A stretch of DNA of 64,000 nucleotides from an uncultured Erysipelotrichaceae bacterium (GTDB taxonomy: Bacteria; Bacillota_I; Bacilli_A; RFN20; CAG-826). The notes beneath the pieces are model-generated. The model was given only the letters and a program-made list of their open reading frames with translations, was not told the origin of the DNA and did no database searches. How positions within the stretch are numbered: the stretch's first letter is position 1; each line of letters starts with the position of its first letter. The translations under genes were made by a program, and so were the position numbers. The stretch spans positions 13,227 to 77,226 of the forward strand of contig CADCEE010000002.1 of assembly GCA_902800355.1 (NCBI GenBank). The letters are read 5' to 3'. Of this stretch, positions 7,774 through 15,698 are shown in pieces.

Positions 7774-9381
7774 TTATTTTTCAATTAATGACACACCAGT
7801 CATTTCTTTTGGCTTCTCCACTCCTAAGAGTTCTAAGATAGTAGGAGCGATATCGGCTAACTTGCCTTCTTTTTGTCTAAGTTTTAAACCAACTCTATTA
7901 ATACAGAATGGCACTAAATTAGTAGTATGAGCAGTCATTGGCTTACCGTTTTCATCTAAGATTTCTTCAGCGTTACCGTGGTCTGCAGTGACTAAAAGAG
8001 TTCCACCATTTTCGTCACACCACTTAATGATTTCACCAACACAGTGGTCAACAGTTTCTACCGCTTTAACACAAGCATCATGAACCGCAGTATGACCCAC
8101 CATATCACAGTTAGCGAAGTTTAAGATGACTACATCTAAATCATGTTTATTTAATTCTTTAAGTAGAGCTTCTAACACTAATGGTGCACTCATTTCTGGT
8201 TGCATATCATAAGTAGGAACTTTAGGGGAGTTAATTAATACTCTTCTACATCCTTTAAGTTCAGGACGTTCTACTCCATCAAAATTCATCGTCCCATCAA
8301 AGAAGAAAGTGACATGGGCGTATTTCTCAGTTTCCGCAATTCTTAATTGAGTGAAACCTTTATCTGCTAAATATTGACCTAAAATGTTATTAAGTTTTTG
8401 AGGTTCAAAAGCAATAACACCTTTCACGCTATCAGCGTATTTCATTGTGCAAACATAGAAAATATTCTTTAATGCATGAGCAGGCTTATATGGCTTCCAC
8501 GCTAAAGAGCCGTCCTCTTTTTTAGGTGGGTTCTCGTAGAAGTTTGGATTAGTGAATAGAGTCGAAATTTGAATCGCTCTATCTGGACGATAGTTCATAA
8601 AAACAATTGCATCGTTATCACAGATTCTGCCATCAACTTTAGCGTTATAGTGAGGAATTAAGAATTCATCACTACTAGCCTTACCAACTTTTGGTAATTC
8701 TTCATTATATTCATATTTGAAGAAGTCATGATAATCTTCAAAGCTTGGTCCATCATGATCCACCATTAAACGGTAATGAACATCAACACGGTCCATGTTC
8801 TTATCTCTATCCATGCCCCAATATCTACCACCGATATCAGCGATATGACCAAAATGTAATTTATCCATTTTCTTTTGAATCATATCAACGTATTTAGCTC
8901 CAGCTTGAGGATCGACATCTCTACCGTCCATAAAGCAGTGCATATAGACATCATCAAGTCCACTTTTTGAGGCTAGTTCTATCATTGCTAAGATGTGATT
9001 AATGTGGGAGTGAACTCCACCATCACTAACTAATCCGAAGATATGCAATTTGGAGTGATGTTTTTTAGCATGTTCAATCGCTGCTAAATATTTTTCGTTT
9101 TCAAAGAAGTCACCATCTTTTATCGCTTTGTTGATGAGTGTTAAAGATTGATAGACGATTCTTCCTGCTCCCATGTTCATATGGCCAACTTCAGAGTTAC
9201 CCATTTGACCATCAGGAAGTCCAACATATTCTCCAGACGCGTTGATCTCCGCATAAGAATATTTCTTAAAATAAGCATCGAGATTAGGTTTTTTTGCGTC
9301 ATAAACCGCATTGCCTACTGGGTTATGTCTAATGCCATAACCATCCATGATGCATAGAATGACTGGTTTTTTATTTTCCAT
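7774..9381 (-). CDS. gpmI: 2,3-bisphosphoglycerate-independent phosphoglycerate mutase
   Basis: 535 aa with motifs ILCIMDGYG, NSEVGHMNMGAGR and ADHGNAE. Confidence 0.95.
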   Translation of the reverse strand: MENKKPVILCIMDGYGIRHNPVGNAVYDAKKPNLDAYFKKYSYAEINASGEYVGLPDGQMGNSEVGHMNMGAGRIVYQSLTLINKAIKDGDFFENEKYLAAIEHAKKHHSKLHIFGLVSDGGVHSHINHILAMIELASKSGLDDVYMHCFMDGRDVDPQAGAKYVDMIQKKMDKLHFGHIADIGGRYWGMDRDKNMDRVDVHYRLMVDHDGPSFEDYHDFFKYEYNEELPKVGKASSDEFLIPHYNAKVDGRICDNDAIVFMNYRPDRAIQISTLFTNPNFYENPPKKEDGSLAWKPYKPAHALKNIFYVCTMKYADSVKGVIAFEPQKLNNILGQYLADKGFTQLRIAETEKYAHVTFFFDGTMNFDGVERPELKGCRRVLINSPKVPTYDMQPEMSAPLVLEALLKELNKHDLDVVILNFANCDMVGHTAVHDACVKAVETVDHCVGEIIKWCDENGGTLLVTADHGNAEEILDENGKPMTAHTTNLVPFCINRVGLKLRQKEGKLADIAPTILELLGVEKPKEMTGVSLIEK

Positions 9382-9408
9382 AATTTTTATCCTTTCAAAG
9401 GCGATATA

Positions 9409-9437
9409 ATTGTAAAAGAAAATTTATTTTCTCTCAA
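9409..9437 (-). promoter_or_regulatory. candidate promoter of gpmI-pepF
   Basis: On the minus strand: TTGAGA (9437-9432), 17 nt, TACAAT (9414-9409). Confidence 0.4.
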
Positions 9438-9536
9438 GCAATATACTCACCAAAAAGAATAATTAATTAATGTGAAAGGTATTTTTCGCAACTAAAATTC
9501 CAACTAGTAGGGTAATATTATCATAAAAAAGAAGAT

Positions 9537-9566
9537 TTGACCTATATTATCTTTTTGTGATAATAT
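9537..9566 (+). promoter_or_regulatory. candidate extended -10 promoter of HAD gene
   Basis: TTGACC (9537-9542), 18 nt ending in TGA, then TAATAT (9561-9566). Confidence 0.4.
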
Positions 9567-9584
9567 AATCGGCGAGGTAAAAAT

Positions 9585-10415
9585 ATGGCCAAACCAATAT
9601 TAGGAATCATGTATGACTTTGATAAAACCTTATCCACAACGGACATGCAGAACTATTCCTTCATTCCGATGATCGGCATGACACCAGAAGAATTCTGGGG
9701 CGCTACCGGAGAATTTTCTGAAAAATCAGGTTGTGAAAGAATACTTTCATACATGTATATGATGATTGCAAAAGCAAAAGAAAAAGGAATTAAACTTACC
9801 CGTGAAGTTTTAAGAGAATGTGGTAAGACAATTAAATACCATCCAGGCGTCACAACTTGGTTTCAAAGAATTAATGAATATGGAGCGCAAAAAGGGGTTA
9901 AGGTTGAACACTACCTCGTCTCTAGCGGCACCAAAGAAATTTTAGAAGGCTGTTCCATCTATGACTGCTTCACTAAAGTCTATGGATGTGAATTCTATTA
10001 CGAAGGCGGAGTACCTGTGTGGCCAAAGCTCGCGATTAACTACACACAAAAAACACAATTCTTCTTTAGAATCGCTAAAGGTGTAACAGATGTAAGAGAC
10101 GATAACTCAGTTAATGAGAAAAATAGAGACGGCTTAAGAATCCCATACACCAATATCGCTTATATTGGTGATGGAATGACTGATGTTGCCTGTATGACTT
10201 TAGTCAATAAAAACAAAGGTTACTCTATTGGAGTTTATACTGAAGATAACAAAGAAAAAGTCGCTCAAATCAGAAAAGACCAAAGATGTAAATTCGTCGT
10301 TAAAGCTGATTATTCTAAAGACTCCGACATGGAAAAAGTCTTCAAATTAATCATTGATGATATCGCCACAAGAGCGGACTTAGAAGCTAAAGAACTCGCT
10401 CTAGCGAATAAATAA
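9585..10415 (+). CDS. HAD-superfamily hydrolase
   Basis: 276 aa with the DFDKT nucleophile motif at the N-terminus and GDGMTD near the C-terminus. GAGGT RBS. Confidence 0.75.
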   Translation: MAKPILGIMYDFDKTLSTTDMQNYSFIPMIGMTPEEFWGATGEFSEKSGCERILSYMYMMIAKAKEKGIKLTREVLRECGKTIKYHPGVTTWFQRINEYGAQKGVKVEHYLVSSGTKEILEGCSIYDCFTKVYGCEFYYEGGVPVWPKLAINYTQKTQFFFRIAKGVTDVRDDNSVNEKNRDGLRIPYTNIAYIGDGMTDVACMTLVNKNKGYSIGVYTEDNKEKVAQIRKDQRCKFVVKADYSKDSDMEKVFKLIIDDIATRADLEAKELALANK

Positions 10416-10431
10416 TTATCAAATCAAAATA

Positions 10432-10461
10432 ATAGACCGAATTAATTTGGTCTATTTTTTT
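10432..10461 (+). terminator. intrinsic terminator
   Basis: ATAGACC-(10-nt loop)-GGTCTAT followed by TTTTTT. Confidence 0.55.
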
Positions 10462-10498
10462 ATACATTTTTGTCATATGTAGTGATACATTAATATGT

Positions 10499-10876
10499 AT
10501 GGAAATCAAAGTTGGAGATGTTGTAATCGGTAAAGTTAACCAAGTAAGACCATATGCCTTATTTTTAACTTTTGAAACTGGTCAAAACGGATTATTACAT
10601 ATCTCAGAACTTTCTGATAAATATATTCGAGACATTGAAAAATTCGGCACCGTAGGAGACGAGTTAAAAGTGAAAGTGCTTTCAATTGATCCACAAAACG
10701 GATTTTTAAGAGTGTCCTATAAAGCTATTCCAGAAGAAGAAAGATATAACACTCATGATGAATCAGTCCACCACTTTACACAATTTGATCAAGCGGACTT
10801 CCATGACTTAGAAGAAAAACTTCCAGAATGGATTAGTGAAACATTAAAGAAAGCAGAGGAAGAAAAAGATGATTAA
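10499..10876 (+). CDS. S1 RNA-binding domain protein
   Basis: 125 aa. S1 fold signature VGDVVIGKVNQVRPYALFLTF...GLLHISELSDKYI...VKVLSID. No obvious SD. Confidence 0.8.
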   Translation: MEIKVGDVVIGKVNQVRPYALFLTFETGQNGLLHISELSDKYIRDIEKFGTVGDELKVKVLSIDPQNGFLRVSYKAIPEEERYNTHDESVHHFTQFDQADFHDLEEKLPEWISETLKKAEEEKDD

Positions 10877-12149
10877 AGTTGACGTTAGTAATGTCATTAG
10901 TGAACAAGAAATTGCTAAATATCAAGGTCAAGTCACATGCATTAATAAAATGATTGATGACCGTTCAGGTCCAGGAAACGATTATTTAGGTTGGACTACT
11001 TGGCCAAAAGATTACGATAAAGAAGAATTAGTTAGACTATTAGAAGACGCTAAATATATCAGAGAACATTTTGACGTATTAGTAGTCGCTGGTATTGGAG
11101 GAAGTTATCTAGGAGCGAAATGCGCTTTAGATGCTCTTAAAGGGCTTAAAGGACAAGATAAACCAGAAATTATTTTTATGGGTCAAACCTTCTCTCCTAA
11201 CTACACCCATCAAGTTTTAGAATATCTAAAAGATAAAAACTTCGCTATTAATGTTATTTCTAAAAGTGGTACCACCACTGAAACCTCAATTGCCTTTAGA
11301 TTATTAAAAGACTTACTTGAGAAAAAAGTTGGCAAAGAAAAAGCTAGAAAAGCAATCTATGCGGTTACTGATAAAGCTAGAGGTGCCTTAAAAACATTAT
11401 GTAATAATGAAGGCTATTCAACATATGTCTTGCCAGACGATATTGGTGGTAGATATTCCGTATTAACTCCTGTTGGTTTATTCCCACTTGCAGTCGCTGG
11501 AGTGGATGTTAAGGCCATGTTAGAAGGTTCTTTAAAAGCCATGAAAGATTTTGATAATGATGACCTTAAAAATAATATTGCTTACCGCTATGCGGTATCT
11601 AGAGATTATATGTATCGTCATAATCGACCAGTAGAAATGTTTGTCACATACGAACCACAAATGTCACAGTTATCTGAATGGCTTAAGCAACTCTTTGGAG
11701 AAAGCGAAGGTAAAGAAAAGAAAGGTTTATTACCAACTAGTGCCACTTTCTCTACCGATTTACACTCTTTAGGTCAATTTATTCAAGACGGCTCTCCACT
11801 TCTATTTGAAACCATCGTTAACATTGTTACTCCTGAACTTGATGTTGAAATACCAAGTGATAAAGATGATCTTGACGGTTTAAATTATCTTGCCGGAAAG
11901 AAATTATCTTTTGTTAATCAAAACGCTTTCCAAGGAACTTTAAAAGCCCATCAAGAAGATGGAGGAGTGCCTTGTAATATCATCACAATTGATAAATTAG
12001 ACGCTTATACTTTAGGATATCTATTTTATTTCTTTATGAGAACTTGTGCGATGAGTGCCTATTTATTAGACATCAATCCATTTAATCAACCAGGTGTGGA
12101 AATTTATAAGAAAAACATGTTCCACTTATTAGGTAAAAAAGGTTACTAA
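10869..12149 (+). CDS. pgi: glucose-6-phosphate isomerase
   Basis: 426 aa, Firmicute short-type PGI (VVAGIGGSYLGAK, SKSGTTTET, GGRYSVLT). The ATG overlaps the upstream stop by 8 nt. Confidence 0.95.
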   Translation: MIKVDVSNVISEQEIAKYQGQVTCINKMIDDRSGPGNDYLGWTTWPKDYDKEELVRLLEDAKYIREHFDVLVVAGIGGSYLGAKCALDALKGLKGQDKPEIIFMGQTFSPNYTHQVLEYLKDKNFAINVISKSGTTTETSIAFRLLKDLLEKKVGKEKARKAIYAVTDKARGALKTLCNNEGYSTYVLPDDIGGRYSVLTPVGLFPLAVAGVDVKAMLEGSLKAMKDFDNDDLKNNIAYRYAVSRDYMYRHNRPVEMFVTYEPQMSQLSEWLKQLFGESEGKEKKGLLPTSATFSTDLHSLGQFIQDGSPLLFETIVNIVTPELDVEIPSDKDDLDGLNYLAGKKLSFVNQNAFQGTLKAHQEDGGVPCNIITIDKLDAYTLGYLFYFFMRTCAMSAYLLDINPFNQPGVEIYKKNMFHLLGKKGY

Positions 12150-12170
12150 ACTATAATAGTTTTTATACTC

Positions 12171-12206
12171 AAAAAGTCGCTTCTCAAAAAGGCGATTTTT
12201 TTATTG
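12171..12206 (+). terminator. intrinsic terminator after pgi
   Basis: AAAAAGTCGC-(11-nt loop)-GCGATTTTT stem with one G:T pair, then a T-run. Confidence 0.5.
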
Positions 12207-12232
12207 ATTTAACTAGGGCATAATGGTATATT
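12204..12232 (+). promoter_or_regulatory. candidate promoter of tRNA operon
   Basis: TTGATT (12204-12209), 17 nt, TATATT (12227-12232). It lies about 24 nt upstream of tRNA-Val. Confidence 0.5.
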
Positions 12233-12255
12233 ATTGCTTGCGTATCTGCAAAAGC

Positions 12256-12331
12256 GGATGCTTAGCTCAGCTGGGAGAGCATCGCCTTTACACGGCGGAG
12301 GTCGGGGGTTCGAGCCCCTCAGCATCCACCA
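12256..12331 (+). tRNA. tRNA-Val(UAC)
   Basis: 76 nt. Acceptor GGATGCT/AGCATCC, anticodon loop TT-TAC-AC, T-loop TTCGAGC, encoded CCA. Confidence 0.93.
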
Positions 12332-12357
12332 ATAACGCGAAGCTATACCAATTAAAT

Positions 12358-12441
12358 GGAGGGGTAGCGAAGAGGCTAAACGCGGCTGACTGTAAATCAG
12401 CTCCTTCGGGTTCGGCGGTTCGAATCTGCCCCCCTCCACCA
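12358..12441 (+). tRNA. tRNA-Tyr(GUA)
   Basis: 84 nt, class II. Acceptor GGAGGGG/CCCCTCC, anticodon stem GCTGA/TCAGC, loop CT-GTA-AA, long variable arm, CCA. Confidence 0.93.
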
Positions 12442-12446
12442 CAAGT

Positions 12447-12522
12447 TGGGGTGTAGCCAAGAGGTAAGGCAACAGACTTTGACTCTGTCATCTCGGTGGT
12501 TCGATCCCACCCACCCCAGCCA
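12447..12522 (+). tRNA. tRNA-Gln(UUG)
   Basis: 76 nt. Acceptor TGGGGTG/CACCCCA, anticodon stem ACAGA/TCTGT, loop CT-TTG-AC, discriminator G, CCA. Confidence 0.9.
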
Positions 12523-12527
12523 ATGAT

Positions 12528-12603
12528 GACTCGCTAGCTCAGCCGGTAGAGCACTTGACTTTTAATCAAGGGGTCCGGAGTTCGAATCTCCGGCGAGTCA
12601 CCA
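12528..12603 (+). tRNA. tRNA-Lys(UUU)
   Basis: 76 nt. Acceptor GACTCGC/GCGAGTC, anticodon stem CTTGA/TCAAG, loop CT-TTT-AA, CCA. Confidence 0.93.
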
Positions 12604-12612
12604 ATTAATAGT

Positions 12613-12700
12613 GCCCAGGTGGCGGAATAGGTAGACGCACAAGACTTAAAATCTTGCGGTTGTATAAACCGTACCGGTTCGATTCCGGTCCCGGGCACCA
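12613..12700 (+). tRNA. tRNA-Leu(UAA)
   Basis: 88 nt, class II. Acceptor GCCCAGG/CCCGGGC (A5:C68 mismatch), anticodon stem CAAGA/TCTTG, loop CT-TAA-AA, long variable arm, CCA. Confidence 0.93.
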
Positions 12701-12707
12701 AAATTGT

Positions 12708-12736
12708 AAAAAACCCTGATTCATTCAGGGTTTTAA
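12708..12736. terminator. bidirectional terminator (tRNA operon / membrane-protein operon)
   Basis: AAAACCCTGA-TTCAT-TCAGGGTTTT, a 10-bp stem. It overlaps the stop codon of the convergent minus-strand gene. Confidence 0.75.
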
Positions 12737-13140
12737 TTTACTTTTTTATGTCGATATTTGTTCTTATTAAATAATGCTTTTATGCCAATTGTTAGTCCAA
12801 TACAAATAACAAGAAACGGGGTACCAGGCCCTATCCAAAATAGCCAACACGCACTACCGACGGATAACATCGATACTCTTACTGCTTCATTGCTCCAACA
12901 AATAACCGCAATTAAATAAGGAACCCAGATTTCACTTGAGACAATTAAAGCGACAAATATAAATATTAATGCGGTTCGCCAATCTCTAATATTGACCCAA
13001 ATCCAAAGAAACGGAAACGCACATAAATACCAAACCCATTTCCAAAATCTTTTAGCCTTGCTAGGATCTTGTCTAATACGAGCCTTCCACTCATTTTGAC
13101 TATTTTTAAATTTCTCTTCTACTTCCTTAAACGGCTTCAT
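12733..13140 (-). CDS. small integral membrane protein, unknown function
   Basis: 135 aa with 3-4 Trp-rich hydrophobic segments. It overlaps the upstream VanZ-like gene by 14 nt. Confidence 0.6.
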   Translation of the reverse strand: MKPFKEVEEKFKNSQNEWKARIRQDPSKAKRFWKWVWYLCAFPFLWIWVNIRDWRTALIFIFVALIVSSEIWVPYLIAVICWSNEAVRVSMLSVGSACWLFWIGPGTPFLVICIGLTIGIKALFNKNKYRHKKVN

Positions 13141-13621
13141 TTGTTTTCTTGGATTTTCTTTTCACTAAGTAATAAATCAGATAAACAATTCCAGCAAAAC
13201 CAATATATCCTGCTAAATCAATAAAGACATCAGTGAATGTGCCAAATCTACCTGGCACAAAAGCTTGTATTAATTCACTAATAAGAGCGATAACTACACC
13301 TAACCCTAGACAAAATAATATGTTCTTCCATTTAAATTTATTCATTAAATAATCACTCATTATTAAAGATAAAGAAGTAAATACTCCGGAAAATCCAAAC
13401 AATAAAAAGTGACCGATTAATTTCCTAAATACATATCTAAACGTTTCCACATCAGTGATAGATATTCCGATTGCTTCTAATATTTTCATAAACCAATCAC
13501 TTAAAGAAGCAGATTGAGAGGCACTGCCGCTTCCTCCAATAGAAGATTCAACAATAATTAAAACATTGGTAGCAATAGATAATATCAAGAAAATATAAAA
13601 GAGAATCTTACGTGCCTTCAT
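13127..13621 (-). CDS. VanZ-family membrane protein
   Basis: 164 aa with 4 TM segments and a C-terminal SELIQAFVPGRFGTFTDVFIDLAGY motif typical of VanZ-like proteins. Confidence 0.72.
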   Translation of the reverse strand: MKARKILFYIFLILSIATNVLIIVESSIGGSGSASQSASLSDWFMKILEAIGISITDVETFRYVFRKLIGHFLLFGFSGVFTSLSLIMSDYLMNKFKWKNILFCLGLGVVIALISELIQAFVPGRFGTFTDVFIDLAGYIGFAGIVYLIYYLVKRKSKKTNEAV

Positions 13622-13656
13622 ACAATTAATAATTGTATATTAAAATAATAAAAGGG

Positions 13657-13665
13657 TGCTATAAT
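13657..13665 (+). promoter_or_regulatory. candidate extended -10 promoter (near-leaderless mRNA)
   Basis: TGcTATAAT (13657-13665) lies 8 nt upstream of the ATG at 13674. No SD in between. Confidence 0.35.
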
Positions 13666-13673
13666 AAGTTGCT

Positions 13674-14792
13674 ATGGAAATGGTAGAAATTAAATCTTTA
13701 ATTGAAAAAGTCCTTGGAAAAGGAAGTGAAATCGTTTCTCCTTTAGTGGGAGGAATGATGAATATTTCCTACATCATTAAAGATAAAGATAATAAGAAAT
13801 ACGTATTATATATATCTACTGAACAAGCTAATGAAATGGTGGATCGTCCTTTAGAAAAGGAACACCAAAAAATCATATCCGCGATTGGTATTACCAGTCA
13901 AAATGTTTATTTTGATACGGAAAAAGGAATCAAAATTAACGAATATATTGAAGGACAATCTTTAGATAGAGTAAGTGAATTCAATTATGAAAAAGTCGCT
14001 ATGCTATTTAGAGAGCTCCACTCTTCTCCAGTACTTTCTAAAACTGACTACGCTCCATTTGTTAGATTTACAGAATCTTATGAAAAAGAAGCTTTATCTT
14101 TCCAAAGTGAAGTATCTCCTTTATATAAAGAATTAAGAGACTTCTTATTTGCTCATAAAGAATATTTAGAAATGCAAAGAAAAACTCTATGTCATAATGA
14201 CGCTCAAAGAAGTAATATCATTCAAACTCCAGAAGATGAATATTATTTCATCGACTTTGAATTTGTTGGTAATAATGACCCAATTTATGATGTAGCCTGT
14301 TTTGGTAATGGACTAGTGAGTGAAGGAAGAAAACTTTTAGATAAGTATTTTTTAGATAATCCTAGCCAGGATCAGATAAAAAGATATTATTTATGGAGAG
14401 TATATATTTCCTTACAGTGGTATAATGTAGCAGTCACTAAACATTACCGCGGGGAAGGAGAGAAGCATGGCTTTAACTTCCTAGATGTCGCATCTCACTT
14501 CTTAAATAACGCTAAAGATGCTTATGACGGATATAAATTAGAAATAAAAGATGATAAGGTTATGGATGATACAGAAAAATTAATTATCTTAACATTAGAT
14601 AAAATTAGACATTTCTTAAGAAAAGATGGGGGAGACTGCGAATTTGTTTCCTTTAACGATGGAATAGTCTATGTCAAAATGATTGGAGCCTGTCAAGGCT
14701 GCTCCTACGCTTATAGCGATATCAAAGACCTTGTGGAAGTTATTCTTCAAGAAGAAGTTCCAGGTGTAGTTGAAGTAAGACTTGCGGAATAA
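13674..14792 (+). CDS. choline/ethanolamine-kinase-like phosphotransferase fused to Nfu/NifU C-terminal domain
   Basis: Residues 1-295 are LicA/APH-like (GGMMNISYII, Brenner motif CHNDAQRSNI, IDFEF). Residues 297-372 (LDKIRHFLRKDGGDCEFVSF..VYVKMIGACQGCSYA) form an Nfu-type Fe-S scaffold domain with CxxC. The frame is uninterrupted. Confidence 0.8.
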   Translation: MEMVEIKSLIEKVLGKGSEIVSPLVGGMMNISYIIKDKDNKKYVLYISTEQANEMVDRPLEKEHQKIISAIGITSQNVYFDTEKGIKINEYIEGQSLDRVSEFNYEKVAMLFRELHSSPVLSKTDYAPFVRFTESYEKEALSFQSEVSPLYKELRDFLFAHKEYLEMQRKTLCHNDAQRSNIIQTPEDEYYFIDFEFVGNNDPIYDVACFGNGLVSEGRKLLDKYFLDNPSQDQIKRYYLWRVYISLQWYNVAVTKHYRGEGEKHGFNFLDVASHFLNNAKDAYDGYKLEIKDDKVMDDTEKLIILTLDKIRHFLRKDGGDCEFVSFNDGIVYVKMIGACQGCSYAYSDIKDLVEVILQEEVPGVVEVRLAE

Positions 14793-14793
14793 T

Positions 14794-14868
14794 TGGGGTA
14801 TAGCCAAGCGGTAAGGCATCGGCCTCTGACTCCGACATTCCTTGGTTCGATCCCAAGTACCCCAGCCA
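14794..14868 (+). tRNA. tRNA-Gln(CUG)
   Basis: 75 nt. Acceptor TGGGGTA/TACCCCA, anticodon loop CT-CTG-AC, C31:U39 mismatch at the stem end, CCA. It starts 1 nt after the upstream stop codon. Confidence 0.88.
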
Positions 14869-14874
14869 AATAAC

Positions 14875-14910
14875 AAAAAACGGACCCGATTTCTCGAGTC
14901 CTTTTATTTT
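14875..14910. terminator. bidirectional terminator
   Basis: A-run, then GGACCCGA-TTTC-TCGAGTCC (8 bp, one mismatch), then TTTTATTTT. It lies between convergent transcription units. Confidence 0.65.
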
Positions 14911-14919
14911 ATAAATAAA

Positions 14920-15696
14920 TTAGAATAGGTTTTCTTTACGGTTCACCACTATATAACCCTTACGATTATAAACATCTTCACGGTTATATCTAATCGGGGT
15001 ACCGTCTGGTTCCACAAATAAGCCGCCTGCTTCTTCAACAACAATTTGACAAGCAGCTGTATCCCATTCTTTGGTGTTAGGGCTTCTTCTTAAAGTAATT
15101 TCCGCTAAGCCGTGGGCTATCGCGCAAGGCTTTAAGGAACTGCCTTTTCTTTCCACATGTTTAATTTTATCAGCGTGCTTTTCGATATATTCTTTTTCCG
15201 CGTCATTAAAATGGAAAACACTGATTAACATTGTTAAGTCGCTAACTTTATCATTAACGTGAATTCTAATTGGCTTCTCATTTCCTTTTTGGAAATAGCT
15301 GCCGTTACCTTTACTAGCAAAATAAAGTTCATCAATAGCAGGAGCCACTACTACACCAACAACTAGTTCGTGTTTATAAGCTAGAGCGATATTAGTGGTA
15401 AATTGTCCATCCTTAGCCACAAAATCTTTCGTGCCGTCGACTGGATCCACAATCCACACAAAGTCATTTTTAAGACGTTCTAGATTATCGGTACTTTCTT
15501 CAGTTAGAAAAGCGTGAGTAGGGAATTTCTCATGAAGATAATTTCTAATGATTTCATCTGCGGATTTATCAGCGATAGTGACTGGAGAATTATCATCTTT
15601 AATTTCCACATCAAAATGCTGGGCGTAAATCTCCATAATTTTCTTTTTGGCTAATAAGCCAGCTTCAATTGCCGCTTTTAATTCTTTTTCCCACAT
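14920..15696 (-). CDS. inositol-monophosphatase-family phosphatase (CysQ-like 3'(2'),5'-bisphosphate nucleotidase)
   Basis: Motifs LTEES, WIVDPVDGTKDF and EWDTAACQIVVEEAGG. I prefer the ATG at 15696, which is 2 nt after the nrnA stop, over the TTG at 15714 in the ORF track. Confidence 0.72.
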   Translation of the reverse strand: MWEKELKAAIEAGLLAKKKIMEIYAQHFDVEIKDDNSPVTIADKSADEIIRNYLHEKFPTHAFLTEESTDNLERLKNDFVWIVDPVDGTKDFVAKDGQFTTNIALAYKHELVVGVVVAPAIDELYFASKGNGSYFQKGNEKPIRIHVNDKVSDLTMLISVFHFNDAEKEYIEKHADKIKHVERKGSSLKPCAIAHGLAEITLRRSPNTKEWDTAACQIVVEEAGGLFVEPDGTPIRYNREDVYNRKGYIVVNRKENLF

Positions 15697-15698
15697 AA

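Noticed and set aside
10470-10501. Leaderless promoter for the S1-domain gene (TTGTCA ... TAATAT just upstream of the ATG at 10499).
   Set aside because: The spacer between the boxes is only 15 nt, and the -10 box ends 2 nt from the ATG. That geometry is incompatible with a start site at the ATG, so the start and promoter of this gene remain unresolved.
12209-12491. Three overlapping ORFs of 67-87 aa on both strands (12209-12472, 12223-12456, 12288-12491).
   Set aside because: They lie entirely over the tRNA-Val/Tyr/Gln genes. Their length is a by-product of GC-rich, stop-poor tRNA sequence. The same applies to ORF 14616-14876 over tRNA-Gln(CUG).
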